Assembly (NCBI GenBank): GCA_900545495.1 | Contig: UQZJ01000001.1 | Coordinates: forward strand, 22,727 to 86,726 | Direction: 5' to 3' | DNA: 64,000 bases | Origin: an uncultured Eubacteriales bacterium | Lineage (GTDB): Bacteria > Bacillota > Clostridia > Oscillospirales > Oscillospiraceae | Shown here: positions 52,675 to 62,326 of the stretch, in pieces | Numbering within the stretch: position 1 is the stretch's first letter | How the letters are laid out: each line of letters begins with the position of its first letter | Notes under the pieces: model-generated | Database searches by the model: none | What the model was told of the DNA's origin: nothing | The model's input: the letters and a program-made list of their open reading frames with translations, nothing else | Translations under genes and position numbers: made by a program

Positions 52675-54261
52675 TCAGCGCAAATGCAGTATTTCCGCGA
52701 TTTTCTCTCCCTTGGGCAGGCCAATAACGTCAGCCCGCGTCACCGCGCCCAGCGCCAGCGCCAATATGCCGTAGACCACGGCGGCGATAAGGATGGCGGG
52801 CAGCACCGCCCAGCGCTCCGGCAGGCAGCGCACCAGCACGCCGTAGGACGAGCGGGCGGCCAGCGCCATCACCGCCGTGATGAGCAGCGGCTTGGCAAAC
52901 AGGTGGAGGTAGGCAGGGCGCTCCGGCACACAGCGGGCGATGGCGATGAGGTTCAGCACCACGATCAGGGCGTAGCAGTACAGCGTGCTGACCGGCGCGC
53001 CCCGGACGTTGGTGGCGGGGTCGCCCACCATCAGGTAGTTGGTGACGATCTTCAGGACGCCGCCGCACAACAGGGTAAAGACGGGGATGTACTCCTTGCC
53101 GTAGGCCTGCAAAACACCGTTGGTGGCCACCATCAGGCACACGAAGATACAGGCAAGGCCCAGAAAGGTCAGGTGGTAGGCGGCGGCCTCGGCGGTATCC
53201 GGCACCGCCGGGTACAGCAGGTGCAGGATGGGCCCGGCCAGCACGGACAGCCCCGCCCCGGCGGGCAGGGCGACGAGGGTAGTCAGCTTCAGGGCAGCGG
53301 CGGTACTGCGTCCCGCGGCGGCGCGGTCGCCCCGGGCCAGCGCGTCGGCGATATCCGGCACCAGACTGACGGTGACGGGGTAGATAAAGGACGGCGGCAG
53401 GACGAACAGCGTCATACCGAAGGTGTACTCGCCGTACAGGGCGCTGGCGGCGGCCTCCGTATATCCCAGCGTGTTCTGGAGGGTGGACATGACCAGCGCC
53501 TGATCCAGCAGGGTGATGAGGCTCATGCCCGCCGCTCCCAGCGTGATGGGGATCCCGGCGGTCAGCAGCTCACGGAGGATCTCGCGCCGCGCAGGCGGCC
53601 GGTCGAAGGCGGCGACGCGCTCCCGCCGGCGCAGGAGAAACACCGCCAGCACCGTCAGCGACAGCAGGGAGCCGGCGGTAACGCCGGCAATGGCCCCGGC
53701 GGCGCACAGTGAGGCGTCCGCGCCCCGGCGCAGCAGCAGCAGGCACAGGGCAAGGCCGATGACCAGCTTTCCGGCGGACTCCGTCATCTGGCTGACGGCG
53801 GTGGGCGTCATGTCGCCCAAGCCCTGCGTATACCCCCGGATGGCGGAGGTCAGGCAGACGAACAGCACCGCCGGGCCGAGGACCCGGATGGCGGGCGCGG
53901 CCAGCGAGTCGTGGAGCAGGCCGCTGAGCACCTGTGGAAACAGGCACATAACGGCGCTGCACACCGCGCCGATGACGGCCAGCAGCGCCAGCGCCGTCTG
54001 GAAAATGCGGCGCTGGGCGTTGCGTCTGCCCTGCGCCGCTGCGCGGGATACCAGCCGGGACAGCGCCAGCGGCAGTCCTGCCGTGGACAGCACCAGCAGC
54101 AGATTGTAGATGTTATAGGCGGCGTAGAAGTGGGCCATGCCCTCCTTGTCCAGCAGGTTGCCCAGTGGGATCTTGTAGAGGGCGCCCAGCACCTTGGTCA
54201 CCGCCACGGCAAAGGCCAGCACAGCGGCGCCGCTGATAAAGTTGTGCCGTCGCTGTGCCAT
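52675..54261 (-). CDS. MOP-superfamily oligosaccharide flippase (SpoVB/YabM-like polysaccharide biosynthesis protein)
   Basis: 528 aa with about 14 TM helices. It sits with mazG/yabO-Q as yabM does in Bacillus. Confidence 0.7.
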   Translation of the reverse strand: MAQRRHNFISGAAVLAFAVAVTKVLGALYKIPLGNLLDKEGMAHFYAAYNIYNLLLVLSTAGLPLALSRLVSRAAAQGRRNAQRRIFQTALALLAVIGAVCSAVMCLFPQVLSGLLHDSLAAPAIRVLGPAVLFVCLTSAIRGYTQGLGDMTPTAVSQMTESAGKLVIGLALCLLLLRRGADASLCAAGAIAGVTAGSLLSLTVLAVFLLRRRERVAAFDRPPARREILRELLTAGIPITLGAAGMSLITLLDQALVMSTLQNTLGYTEAAASALYGEYTFGMTLFVLPPSFIYPVTVSLVPDIADALARGDRAAAGRSTAAALKLTTLVALPAGAGLSVLAGPILHLLYPAVPDTAEAAAYHLTFLGLACIFVCLMVATNGVLQAYGKEYIPVFTLLCGGVLKIVTNYLMVGDPATNVRGAPVSTLYCYALIVVLNLIAIARCVPERPAYLHLFAKPLLITAVMALAARSSYGVLVRCLPERWAVLPAILIAAVVYGILALALGAVTRADVIGLPKGEKIAEILHLR

Positions 54262-54275
54262 GCCGCACCTCCCGC

Positions 54276-55757
54276 TTACTTCTGCATATTCTCGTGGAAC
54301 CGGCGGAACGTCTCCAGATCCTGCCGGATCTTCTCCGGACGGGCGATGTACTCCGTGGGGAACTTGGGGTGGAACACCCGCTCGATCCGGTCGCGCACCG
54401 GGTCTACCATCTTCGTGGAGCCGCCTGCGCCCAGAGACAGGATGCTGTGCAGCTCCTCCATGATGTAGATATTATACAGTCCCTCCGCGCCGGATATGCA
54501 CCAGCCCACGTTCTCAAAGCTGCCGGACATATACTTCTGGCGGTAGAGGTAGTAGGGGGTGAATCCGGCGGTGCGCAGGGCGTCGTTGGCGTAGTCCAGC
54601 ATGGCGGACACGTCCTGCGCCGATGGGATGGGCAGGCCCTCCAGCAGGATGCGGCTGCCCTTCTTCAGGCTGAGGGTGTGGACGGTGATGTTGTCCGCAC
54701 CGAAGGTCAGGCACTTGTCCAGCGTGCGGCGAAAGCCCTCCGGCGTGTCGGCGGGCAGTCCGGCGATGAGATCCATATTCACATGGGGGAACCCCATAGA
54801 GGTGGCCAGCGCCATGGTCGCCTCGATGTCCGCCGCCGTGTGCTTGCGTCCGATAGCCCGCAGCACCTCGTCCTCCATGGACTGGGGGTTGACGCTGATG
54901 CGGTCGGCGCCGTGATCCAGCAGCACCTGCAGCTTCTCCCGTGTGATGGTGTCAGGGCGGCCCGCCTCGATGCAGTATTCCGCGCAGCCCGTCAAGTCAA
55001 AGCTCTTGTTCAGGTGGGTCAGCAGGTGATCCATCTGCTGTGCCGACAGAGTGGTGGGCGTGCCGCCGCCCATGTAGAAGGACTTGACGGACAGCCCCGT
55101 CTCCGCCACCATGCGGGCGGCGGCGGTGATCTCCTGCTCCAGCGCCGCCAGATACGGCTCCATCAGGCCGAAGGACTTCTCCACCGACGCGGACACGAAG
55201 CTGCAATAGGCGCAGCGGGTGGGGCAGAACGGGATGCCCACATAGAGGGATATCTCGTTGGGACGCAGACCGCGCTTGGCGGTCAAGCCCGCCTGCGCCG
55301 TCTCGATGGCCAGACGGCGGCGCTCCGGCGAGACGAAGTAGGTGTCCCGCAGGACGCGGTCTGTCTCCCGCTCCGTCTTGCCCTGCTCCAGCATGGCGCG
55401 GGCCAGCTTGCCCGGCCGGATGCCGGTGAGCGCGCCCCAGCTGGGGGTGATGCCGGTGATGTCCCGCGCCGCCTTGAAGAACGACAGCTTCAGGGCGCGC
55501 TGACGCAGACGCTCCCGCTCGTACTCGTCGGGGGCGTCCGTAAGAACGGCGCGGGAGACGCCCCGCGCCGTTTTGCCGTGATAGTGAAGGGTGGTGACGC
55601 CGGTGGCGTAGCGCTTTCCCTCCGTCAGGGAGACAAGGGCGCAGTCGTCGTCCTCCGGCGTGATGGGCTCATAGACAGGGCGCTCCTCGGGGAAGAATGC
55701 CAGCAGGCTCTGCTCGATGGCGTAGCGGTCGTCGTGGCCGCGGAATTCCAGCTTCAT
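54276..55757 (-). CDS. Radical SAM coproporphyrinogen-III-oxidase-like protein (HemN/HemZ family)
   Basis: AAGGAGCGG RBS. CX3CX2C motif CPTRCAYC, GGGTP motif (MGGGTPT), and HemN C-terminal domain. 493 aa. Confidence 0.8.
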   Translation of the reverse strand: MKLEFRGHDDRYAIEQSLLAFFPEERPVYEPITPEDDDCALVSLTEGKRYATGVTTLHYHGKTARGVSRAVLTDAPDEYERERLRQRALKLSFFKAARDITGITPSWGALTGIRPGKLARAMLEQGKTERETDRVLRDTYFVSPERRRLAIETAQAGLTAKRGLRPNEISLYVGIPFCPTRCAYCSFVSASVEKSFGLMEPYLAALEQEITAAARMVAETGLSVKSFYMGGGTPTTLSAQQMDHLLTHLNKSFDLTGCAEYCIEAGRPDTITREKLQVLLDHGADRISVNPQSMEDEVLRAIGRKHTAADIEATMALATSMGFPHVNMDLIAGLPADTPEGFRRTLDKCLTFGADNITVHTLSLKKGSRILLEGLPIPSAQDVSAMLDYANDALRTAGFTPYYLYRQKYMSGSFENVGWCISGAEGLYNIYIMEELHSILSLGAGGSTKMVDPVRDRIERVFHPKFPTEYIARPEKIRQDLETFRRFHENMQK

Positions 55758-56377
55758 CGTGCCGCTCCTTGCCGCATATAGGGATTGACGCGGCGCTCAT
55801 AGTCCAGCGTAGTCTCCCGATCGTGGCCGGGCAGCACCCGCAGGTTTCCCTCCAGTGCTGCCAGACGACCCAGCGACGCCAGCATCTTCCGGTAGTCGCC
55901 GCCGGGGAAGTCGCACCGGCCGCAGGAGCAGCGGAACAGGGTGTCGCCGGCGAACAGCACGCCCTGCCCCTCCACCAGCAGGCAGACGGAGCCCTCGGAG
56001 TGGCCCGGCGTCTCCAGCACCCGGAGGGTCAGCCCGCCCAGCGGCAGGGTATCGCCCTCCTTATAGTAGCGCTGGTTCTCCGGCCCCACCTTGCGGAACA
56101 GCAGCTCGCCGCGCTCCGTGTCCGCGGCGTCCTTCTCGTGGATATATACCGGCACGTCCGGGTGCTTCTCCAGCAGCGGCCGGACGGCGGAGGTGTGGTC
56201 GAAGTGGCCGTGGGTCAGCAGGATATATTGCAGGGTACAGCCGCTCTGCGCCACCATGCGCTCCACCTGCGGCGCGTCGTCGCCGGGGTCGATGAGCGCG
56301 CAGACCTTTGCCGTCTCGTCGCACAGCAGGTAGCAGTTGGTCATGATGGGCCCCACCTGTAGAGATGTGATCTTCAT
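55754..56377 (-). CDS. MBL-fold metallo-hydrolase (glyoxalase II-like)
   Basis: AAAGGAGAG RBS. HxHxDH motif LLTHGHFDHT. 4-nt overlap with the downstream gene. Confidence 0.8.
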   Translation of the reverse strand: MKITSLQVGPIMTNCYLLCDETAKVCALIDPGDDAPQVERMVAQSGCTLQYILLTHGHFDHTSAVRPLLEKHPDVPVYIHEKDAADTERGELLFRKVGPENQRYYKEGDTLPLGGLTLRVLETPGHSEGSVCLLVEGQGVLFAGDTLFRCSCGRCDFPGGDYRKMLASLGRLAALEGNLRVLPGHDRETTLDYERRVNPYMRQGAAR

Positions 56378-56391
56378 CGCGCTCTCCTTTC

Positions 56392-56838
56392 TCACAGCTG
56401 GTCGGTGTCCACCACCAGCGTCAGCGGGCCGTCGTTCAGGCTCTCCACCTGCATGTAGGCACCGAACTCGCCGGTCTCGGTGTGGAAGCCCTTGCTGCGG
56501 CACTCCTGCACGAACTTTTCATACAGAGGGATGGCCACCTCGGGCCGGGCGGCAGCCAGGAATTCCGGGCGGCGGCCCTTCTTGCAGTTGCCGTACAGCG
56601 TGAACTGGGAGATGATGAGCAACTCGCCCTTCACCTCGTCCAGACCGCGGTTCATCTTGCCGTTCTCGTCCTCAAAAATGCGAAGCCCGGTGAGCTTGTC
56701 CGCCAGCTTGACGGCCTGCGCCTCGGTGTCCTCGTGGGTCACGCCCAGCAGGATGAGGAAGCCCTCTCCGATCTGGCCGTGTACCTTGCCGTCGATGGTG
56801 ACGGATGCGTGCTTCACGCGGGTCAATACTGCTCTCAT
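56392..56838 (-). CDS. dtd: D-aminoacyl-tRNA deacylase
   Basis: [29 protein letters not shown]... and the SQFTLYG motif. 148 aa, downstream of relA as in Bacillus. Confidence 0.9.
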   Translation of the reverse strand: MRAVLTRVKHASVTIDGKVHGQIGEGFLILLGVTHEDTEAQAVKLADKLTGLRIFEDENGKMNRGLDEVKGELLIISQFTLYGNCKKGRRPEFLAAARPEVAIPLYEKFVQECRSKGFHTETGEFGAYMQVESLNDGPLTLVVDTDQL

Positions 56839-56861
56839 GACATATCGCTCCTTTTTCTGGT

Positions 56862-59066
56862 TTAACCGGCGGGGCGGGTGACCCGCATGACGCCGGAGAT
56901 CTGCTCGATCCTCCGCATGACCGTTTGCAGCTGCTGGCTGTCGGACACGTCCGTGTCCAGCGTGATGAGGGCAAAACCGTCCGGCGTGCTGCGGGCGTTC
57001 AGGGAGGAGACATGGGTCTTGGTGCTGGACAGTACCGTGGAGATGTCCACGATCAGGTTCAGGCGATCCTTGGCCACCACCTCCAGCGTGGTGCGGTAGC
57101 TCTCGCGGGTGTTGCTGCCCCACGACACATTGATCCAGCGTCCCGCCTCCTCCGGCTTGCGGCGGGCGGGGTCGGCGTTGGGGCAGTCCGCCCGGTGGAC
57201 GGAGATGCCGTAGCCCCGGGTGATGAAGCCCACGATCTTGTCGCCGGGTACAGGGGTGCAGCACTTGGAGAACTTCACAAGGCAGTTGGTCAAACCCTCC
57301 ACCACGATGCCCTGCTCCCCCTTGGGGCGCTGGGGTACGGCGGGACGGGCCTGCTGGGGCTGGTCAGCCACCGGTACCTCCGCCTGCCGCTCCGCCTGAT
57401 GCTGGTGGAGAATGCGCTGGATATCCTCCCGCAGACGGCCCATGACCTTCAGGGCGGTCACGCCGCCGTAGCCGATGGCGGCGTACATATCGTCCAGACT
57501 GTTGTAGCACAGCTTCTTCAAAACGCTGGGGAGATTCTCCTCGCTGGTCAGCTCCTTCAGGGTGACGCCGGTGCGCTTCAGCTCCGCCTCGAAGCTCTGG
57601 CGGCCGTTGACGATGTTCTCGTCCCGCTTCTCCCGCTTGAACCACTGGCGGATCTTGCTGCGGGCATTGCTGGAGCGGGCGATCTTCACCCAGTCGCGGC
57701 TGGGGCCGTGGGCGGAGTTGCTGGTCATGACCTCCACCACGTCGCCGTTGCGCAGGTGGTAGTCGAACTGGACGATGCGGCCGTTGACCTTGGCGCCGGT
57801 CATGTGGTTGCCCACGGCGGAGTGGATGGTATAGGCAAAGTCGATGGGCGTGGCGCCGGCGGGCAGGTTGATCACGTCACCCTGCGGCGTGAACACGAAC
57901 ACCTCGTCGGCGAACATATCCACCTTCAGGGAGTGGATAAAGTCCTCGGCGTCGGCGCCCTCCTGATTCTCCAGCAGGCGGCGCACCCACTCGTAGCTGC
58001 GCTCGTCGCCGGCGCCCTGCCCGTTCTGCTTGTACTTCCAGTGGGCGGCCACGCCGTACTCGGCGATCTCGTGCATCTCCTTGGTGCGGATCTGCACCTC
58101 GAAGGGGATGCCGCTCTCGCCCACCACCGTGGTGTGCAGGCTCTGGTACATATTGGGCTTGGGTGTGCCGATATAGTCCTTGAAGCGGCCCAGAATGGGC
58201 TTGTACAGGTCGTGGATCAGACCCAGCACGTTGTAGCAGTCCGCCACCGTGTCCACGATGACCCGGAAGGCGAACAGATCGAACACGTCGTCCAGCGACT
58301 TGTTCTGGGTGTACATCTTGCGGTAGATGGAGTAGGGGTGCTTCATGCGGGCCTGCACCGTGGCGTCGATGCCGGCCTCCCGCAGGCGGGAGGTGATCTG
58401 GTCATGGACGGAGGACATGAAGCCGTCGTACTCCGCCGCCTTCTCGTCCAGCGCCTCGATGATCTCCCGGTAGCCAACGGGGTCCAGATATTTCAGGGAC
58501 AGATCCTCCAGCTCCCACTTCATGCGCTGCATACCCAGACGGTGGGCGATGGGGGCGTAGATCTCCATGGTCTCAAAGGATTTCTGCTTCTGCTTCTCCG
58601 GCGTCTGATACTCCATGGTGCGCATATTGTGGAGTCGGTCGGAGATCTTGATGAGGATGACCCGGATATCCTTGGCCATGGCCATCAGCATCTTGCGGAG
58701 GTTCTCCATCTGCTCCTCCTCCTTGGAGGTGTAGTGGACACGGGTCAGCTTGCTGACGCCCTCCACCAGATCCGCCACGGTGGGAGAGAACAGCTTGCTG
58801 ATCTCCTCGTGGGTGGCGTCGGTATCCTCGATGGTGTCGTGGAGCAGCGCCGCCACAATGGACTCGGTGTCCAGATGCAGCTCCTCCGCCACGATCTGCG
58901 CCACCGCCAGCGGATGGGTCACAAAGGGCGAGCCGTCCTTCCGGTTCTGCCCGGCGTGGTGGGCGGCGGCATACTCGTAGGCGGCGTGGATCTGGTCGAA
59001 CCCGGCGGACGGGTTGTAGGACTTGACGGTTTCAACAAGATGGTCGTACATTTCCTGCGGCGTCAT
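56862..59066 (-). CDS. relA: Bifunctional (p)ppGpp synthetase/hydrolase RelA/SpoT
   Basis: HD domain (HDTIEDT), synthetase domain, then TGS and ACT domains. 734 aa. 4-nt overlap with recJ. Confidence 0.95.
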   Translation of the reverse strand: MTPQEMYDHLVETVKSYNPSAGFDQIHAAYEYAAAHHAGQNRKDGSPFVTHPLAVAQIVAEELHLDTESIVAALLHDTIEDTDATHEEISKLFSPTVADLVEGVSKLTRVHYTSKEEEQMENLRKMLMAMAKDIRVILIKISDRLHNMRTMEYQTPEKQKQKSFETMEIYAPIAHRLGMQRMKWELEDLSLKYLDPVGYREIIEALDEKAAEYDGFMSSVHDQITSRLREAGIDATVQARMKHPYSIYRKMYTQNKSLDDVFDLFAFRVIVDTVADCYNVLGLIHDLYKPILGRFKDYIGTPKPNMYQSLHTTVVGESGIPFEVQIRTKEMHEIAEYGVAAHWKYKQNGQGAGDERSYEWVRRLLENQEGADAEDFIHSLKVDMFADEVFVFTPQGDVINLPAGATPIDFAYTIHSAVGNHMTGAKVNGRIVQFDYHLRNGDVVEVMTSNSAHGPSRDWVKIARSSNARSKIRQWFKREKRDENIVNGRQSFEAELKRTGVTLKELTSEENLPSVLKKLCYNSLDDMYAAIGYGGVTALKVMGRLREDIQRILHQHQAERQAEVPVADQPQQARPAVPQRPKGEQGIVVEGLTNCLVKFSKCCTPVPGDKIVGFITRGYGISVHRADCPNADPARRKPEEAGRWINVSWGSNTRESYRTTLEVVAKDRLNLIVDISTVLSSTKTHVSSLNARSTPDGFALITLDTDVSDSQQLQTVMRRIEQISGVMRVTRPAG

Positions 59067-61153
59067 TGTCCAACGCCCCCTTTCTCGGTGATCTCATGGA
59101 GCCACAGCAGGCAGGGCGATTGCCCCAGCACCACCTTCAGGCCCCGGTGCAGCCGGATGGTCACATCGTCCCCCTGCCGCTCCAGCGTCAAAAGTCCCCG
59201 TTCGGCAAAGACGGACAGGCACAGGGCCGCCCGGGGGAACGGCTCTGTCTTTCCCAGCTCCGCCGCCAGCGCACGCAGCAGCGGCAGGTAGCCGGTGGTG
59301 AGGCCGCCGTCGGGGACGGTGCGCTCCAAAAACCGCCACGCGGCGGCGAATTGATCCCGTGTGGGCAGCAGCCGCCGGGCATCCCGGACAGGCATGGGCT
59401 GCCGCGCCGTGCAGCGATCCGCCAGTGTCAGAGACTCCTGCTCCCGGCCGCTGGCGCACAGGGACGGCCGCAGATCCACCATCTGGAGCTGCACCGTCCG
59501 GCTGCCCCGGAACTCGTTGACCTGTAAATAGAAGGCGGCGTCCACCCGGTCGCCCACGCGGCAGCCGCAGTCCTCCGCCACGGTGGAGAAGAAGATGCCG
59601 TCAAACTGGGCGCTGCCCTTGCCCAGGCGCAGCTTGAGATGCCGGTTCTGGCCTACGTTCTGGGTGCGCAGCAGCGTGGCGCCCAGCAGGCAGAACACCG
59701 GCCGGGCGTTGCCGCTGCCGTAGGGCTCCAGCGCGGACAGGGCGTCCAGCTCCTCCAGCGTCACGGCGGAGGGGTGCGTGATGGCCACGTCCACGTCCAG
59801 CACGGACACGGGGGCCTCGCCGCCCCGGAAGCTGCGGGCGTAGTCGTTCATCCGCTCGCGGAAGGCGGGGATGTTCGACTCGTCAATGGTAAAGCCGGCC
59901 GCCAGCTCGTGGCCGCCGAAGCCCAGCAGCAGATCCTTGCAGTTTTCCAGCGCCGCAAAGAGGTTGAAGCCGCCCCAGCTGCGGCAGGAACCCTTGCCGG
60001 TGGTGCCGTTGAGGTGGATCATAAAGCTGGGACGGGAATATTTCTCGGAGAGGCGGCTGGCCACGATGCCCACCACGCCCTGATGCCAGCGGCTGCTCTC
60101 CAGCACCAGCGCGCTCCGCTCCCGTTCGGGCATATGGGCGATCATCTCCTCCGCCTGAGAGTAGATGGTCTGCTCCACGTTCTGCCGCTCCCGGTTCAGG
60201 GCGCACAGCTCCCGCGCCATGCGATCCGCCTCCTCCGGGTCGGTGCAGAGCAGGAGATCCGCCGCCTTGTCGGCGGCGCCCATGCGGCCCGCCGCGTTGA
60301 TGCGGGGCGCCAGCACAAAGCCGATCTGGACGGAGGTGATCTCCCGGCCGGTAAGACCCGCCTCCTTCAAAAGCGCCTGTAAGCCGATGAAATCGGAGTG
60401 CTCGATCACGGCAAGTCCGCGGGACACGATGGTGCGGTTCTCGCCGGACATCTGCATCACATCCGCCACGGTGCCGATGGCCGCCAGCGTACAGTAGCGG
60501 GCGAACAGCGCCTCCTCCCGGTCGGGGCCGCCCAGCGCCAGCGCCAGCTTCAGCGCCACGCCGCAGCCCGCCAGATGCTTGAAGGGGTAGGGGCAGTCGG
60601 GCCGGTGGGGATCCACCACCGCCACGGCGCGGGGCAGTGTCTCCTTGCACTCGTGGTGGTCGGTGATGACCACGTCCATGCCCAGGGAGTTGGCGAAGTC
60701 CACCTCCTCCACGCCGGTGATGCCGCAGTCCACCGTGATGAGAAGCCGTGCGCCCCTGCGGTACAGCCCCTCAATGGCGTCGCAGCTCAGGCCGTAGCCG
60801 TCCTCGATGCGGCGGGGGATATAGTGCAGCACGTCGGCGCCCCGACTCTGGAGGTAGTCCACCAGAATACAGGTGGCGGTGATGCCGTCCACGTCGTAGT
60901 CGCCGAACACGGCGATCTTCTCCCCGTCCGCCAGCGCCTGCTGCACGCGGGCCGCGGCCTTGTCCATATCCGCCATCAGGAACGGGCTGTACGTCAAACG
61001 CTGCTCCTGCTCCAGAAAGGCGGCGGCCTCCTCCTCCGTTGCGATGCCACGGGAGGCCAGCACCGCCGACACAAGGCAGGGATACCCCGCCGCGGTCAGC
61101 CGGGCCGCCGCCTCGGGATGGGGCGGGGCAATGTGCCATTTTTGGAATTTCAC
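59063..61153 (-). CDS. recJ: Single-stranded-DNA-specific exonuclease RecJ
   Basis: GTG start with GGAGGTG RBS. DHH motifs (GDYDVDGITA, DHH in ITDHHE) and DHHA1. Confidence 0.9.
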   Translation of the reverse strand: MKFQKWHIAPPHPEAAARLTAAGYPCLVSAVLASRGIATEEEAAAFLEQEQRLTYSPFLMADMDKAAARVQQALADGEKIAVFGDYDVDGITATCILVDYLQSRGADVLHYIPRRIEDGYGLSCDAIEGLYRRGARLLITVDCGITGVEEVDFANSLGMDVVITDHHECKETLPRAVAVVDPHRPDCPYPFKHLAGCGVALKLALALGGPDREEALFARYCTLAAIGTVADVMQMSGENRTIVSRGLAVIEHSDFIGLQALLKEAGLTGREITSVQIGFVLAPRINAAGRMGAADKAADLLLCTDPEEADRMARELCALNRERQNVEQTIYSQAEEMIAHMPERERSALVLESSRWHQGVVGIVASRLSEKYSRPSFMIHLNGTTGKGSCRSWGGFNLFAALENCKDLLLGFGGHELAAGFTIDESNIPAFRERMNDYARSFRGGEAPVSVLDVDVAITHPSAVTLEELDALSALEPYGSGNARPVFCLLGATLLRTQNVGQNRHLKLRLGKGSAQFDGIFFSTVAEDCGCRVGDRVDAAFYLQVNEFRGSRTVQLQMVDLRPSLCASGREQESLTLADRCTARQPMPVRDARRLLPTRDQFAAAWRFLERTVPDGGLTTGYLPLLRALAAELGKTEPFPRAALCLSVFAERGLLTLERQGDDVTIRLHRGLKVVLGQSPCLLWLHEITEKGGVGQ

Positions 61154-61296
61154 GGTGGGTCACCTCCCTCCTGCCGGCGGCAAGGACTATGCCGCCAGAA
61201 TAATAATCGTGATAATTCTTTATTATAGCAAATGCGGCGGAAAAGGTAAAGAGCAAAATGCGCGTCCCGCCCAGCTTGCAGGCGGCGGCAAGCAGG

Positions 61297-61325
61297 TTGC
61301 ATTTGTCGAAAGGATGGGGTACAAT
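61297..61325 (+). promoter_or_regulatory. Sigma-A promoter for the E2-like gene
   Basis: TTGCAT, 17-nt spacer, TACAAT. Confidence 0.55.
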
Positions 61326-61361
61326 GGATCATATAATCCAGACAGAATCGAGGATATGCCT

Positions 61362-62234
61362 ATGCGTCCTGACGGAACGAGAGTAAAAAATCTGCCGCCC
61401 ATCGTGGCGGCGATCCCCTATATCATGCCCAAGCGCTACGACGCCCAGAACAGCATCACTGAGAACATCGACGAGGAGGTCCTCAAGGCCTACATCCGCG
61501 AGAAGCGGCGCAGCGGCATCCGCATCAACCACATGGCGGTCATCATCGCCGCCTACTACAAGGCGGTGCAGACCAACCCCAAGCTGAACTACTTTGTGAT
61601 GAACAGCCGCATCTACAAGCGCAACCACTTCTGCGTGTCCTTCGTCATCCTGAAGAAGCTGGCGGACGGCTCGCCGGATGAGACGACGCTGAAGATCTTT
61701 CTGGAGCCGCAGGACACGGTGTTCACCATCCAGCAGAAGATCGCCGATGCCGTCGACGCCAACAGCCGGACGGAGCAGAAAAACAGCACCGACAAATTTG
61801 CCCGGTTCATGTTCTCCGTTCCGGGGCTGCCCAAATTCGTGGTGTGGCTGGCGTACCATCTGGACAAGCACGGTCTGCTGCCCCGGAAGATCATCGACCT
61901 CAGCCCCTTCCACACCAGTATGTTCATCACCAATCTGGCATCCATCAAGACCAGCTACATCCACCACCACTGCTATGAATTCGGCACCACCAGCGTGTTC
62001 GTGTGCATGGGCAGGCCGGTACCCAACTATATGAGCGGCGACCTGCACAAGAAGATGATGCCGCTGGGTATCGTCATGGACGAGCGCATCTGCACCGGCT
62101 ACGAGTACGCCTCATTTTGCAGCGACTTCCGCAAGTACATCCGCCAGCCGGAGCTGCTGGAGATGCCCTTTGACGGCAGCGCCGCGCCGGAGACGGCAGC
62201 GGGCGAGACAACGGAGACGCCTGTCTCCGTGTAA
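61362..62234 (+). CDS. 2-oxoacid dehydrogenase E2-type acyltransferase catalytic-domain protein (CAT-like fold, no lipoyl domain)
   Basis: About 290 aa. C-terminal block ...GIVMDERICTGYEYASF resembles the DHRxxDG active-site region of E2/CAT acyltransferases. The start (Met 61356 or 61362) and the family call are tentative. Confidence 0.5.
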   Translation: MRPDGTRVKNLPPIVAAIPYIMPKRYDAQNSITENIDEEVLKAYIREKRRSGIRINHMAVIIAAYYKAVQTNPKLNYFVMNSRIYKRNHFCVSFVILKKLADGSPDETTLKIFLEPQDTVFTIQQKIADAVDANSRTEQKNSTDKFARFMFSVPGLPKFVVWLAYHLDKHGLLPRKIIDLSPFHTSMFITNLASIKTSYIHHHCYEFGTTSVFVCMGRPVPNYMSGDLHKKMMPLGIVMDERICTGYEYASFCSDFRKYIRQPELLEMPFDGSAAPETAAGETTETPVSV

Positions 62235-62255
62235 CGCGACAATTTCATAGCTGCA

Positions 62256-62294
62256 AAAACACAGGGACGGCGCTTTCGCGCCGTCCCTGTGTGC
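62256..62294. terminator. Stem-loop terminator (U-tract on minus side) serving atoE, between convergent genes
   Basis: AAAAA-CACAGGGACGGCGC-tttc-GCGCCGTCCCTGTG. Confidence 0.7.
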
Positions 62295-62326
62295 GGTTGG
62301 GGGGGATATTGTGAGGATGGTATTTC

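Noticed and set aside
56925-59291. 788-aa plus-strand ORF
   Set aside because: Antisense to relA.
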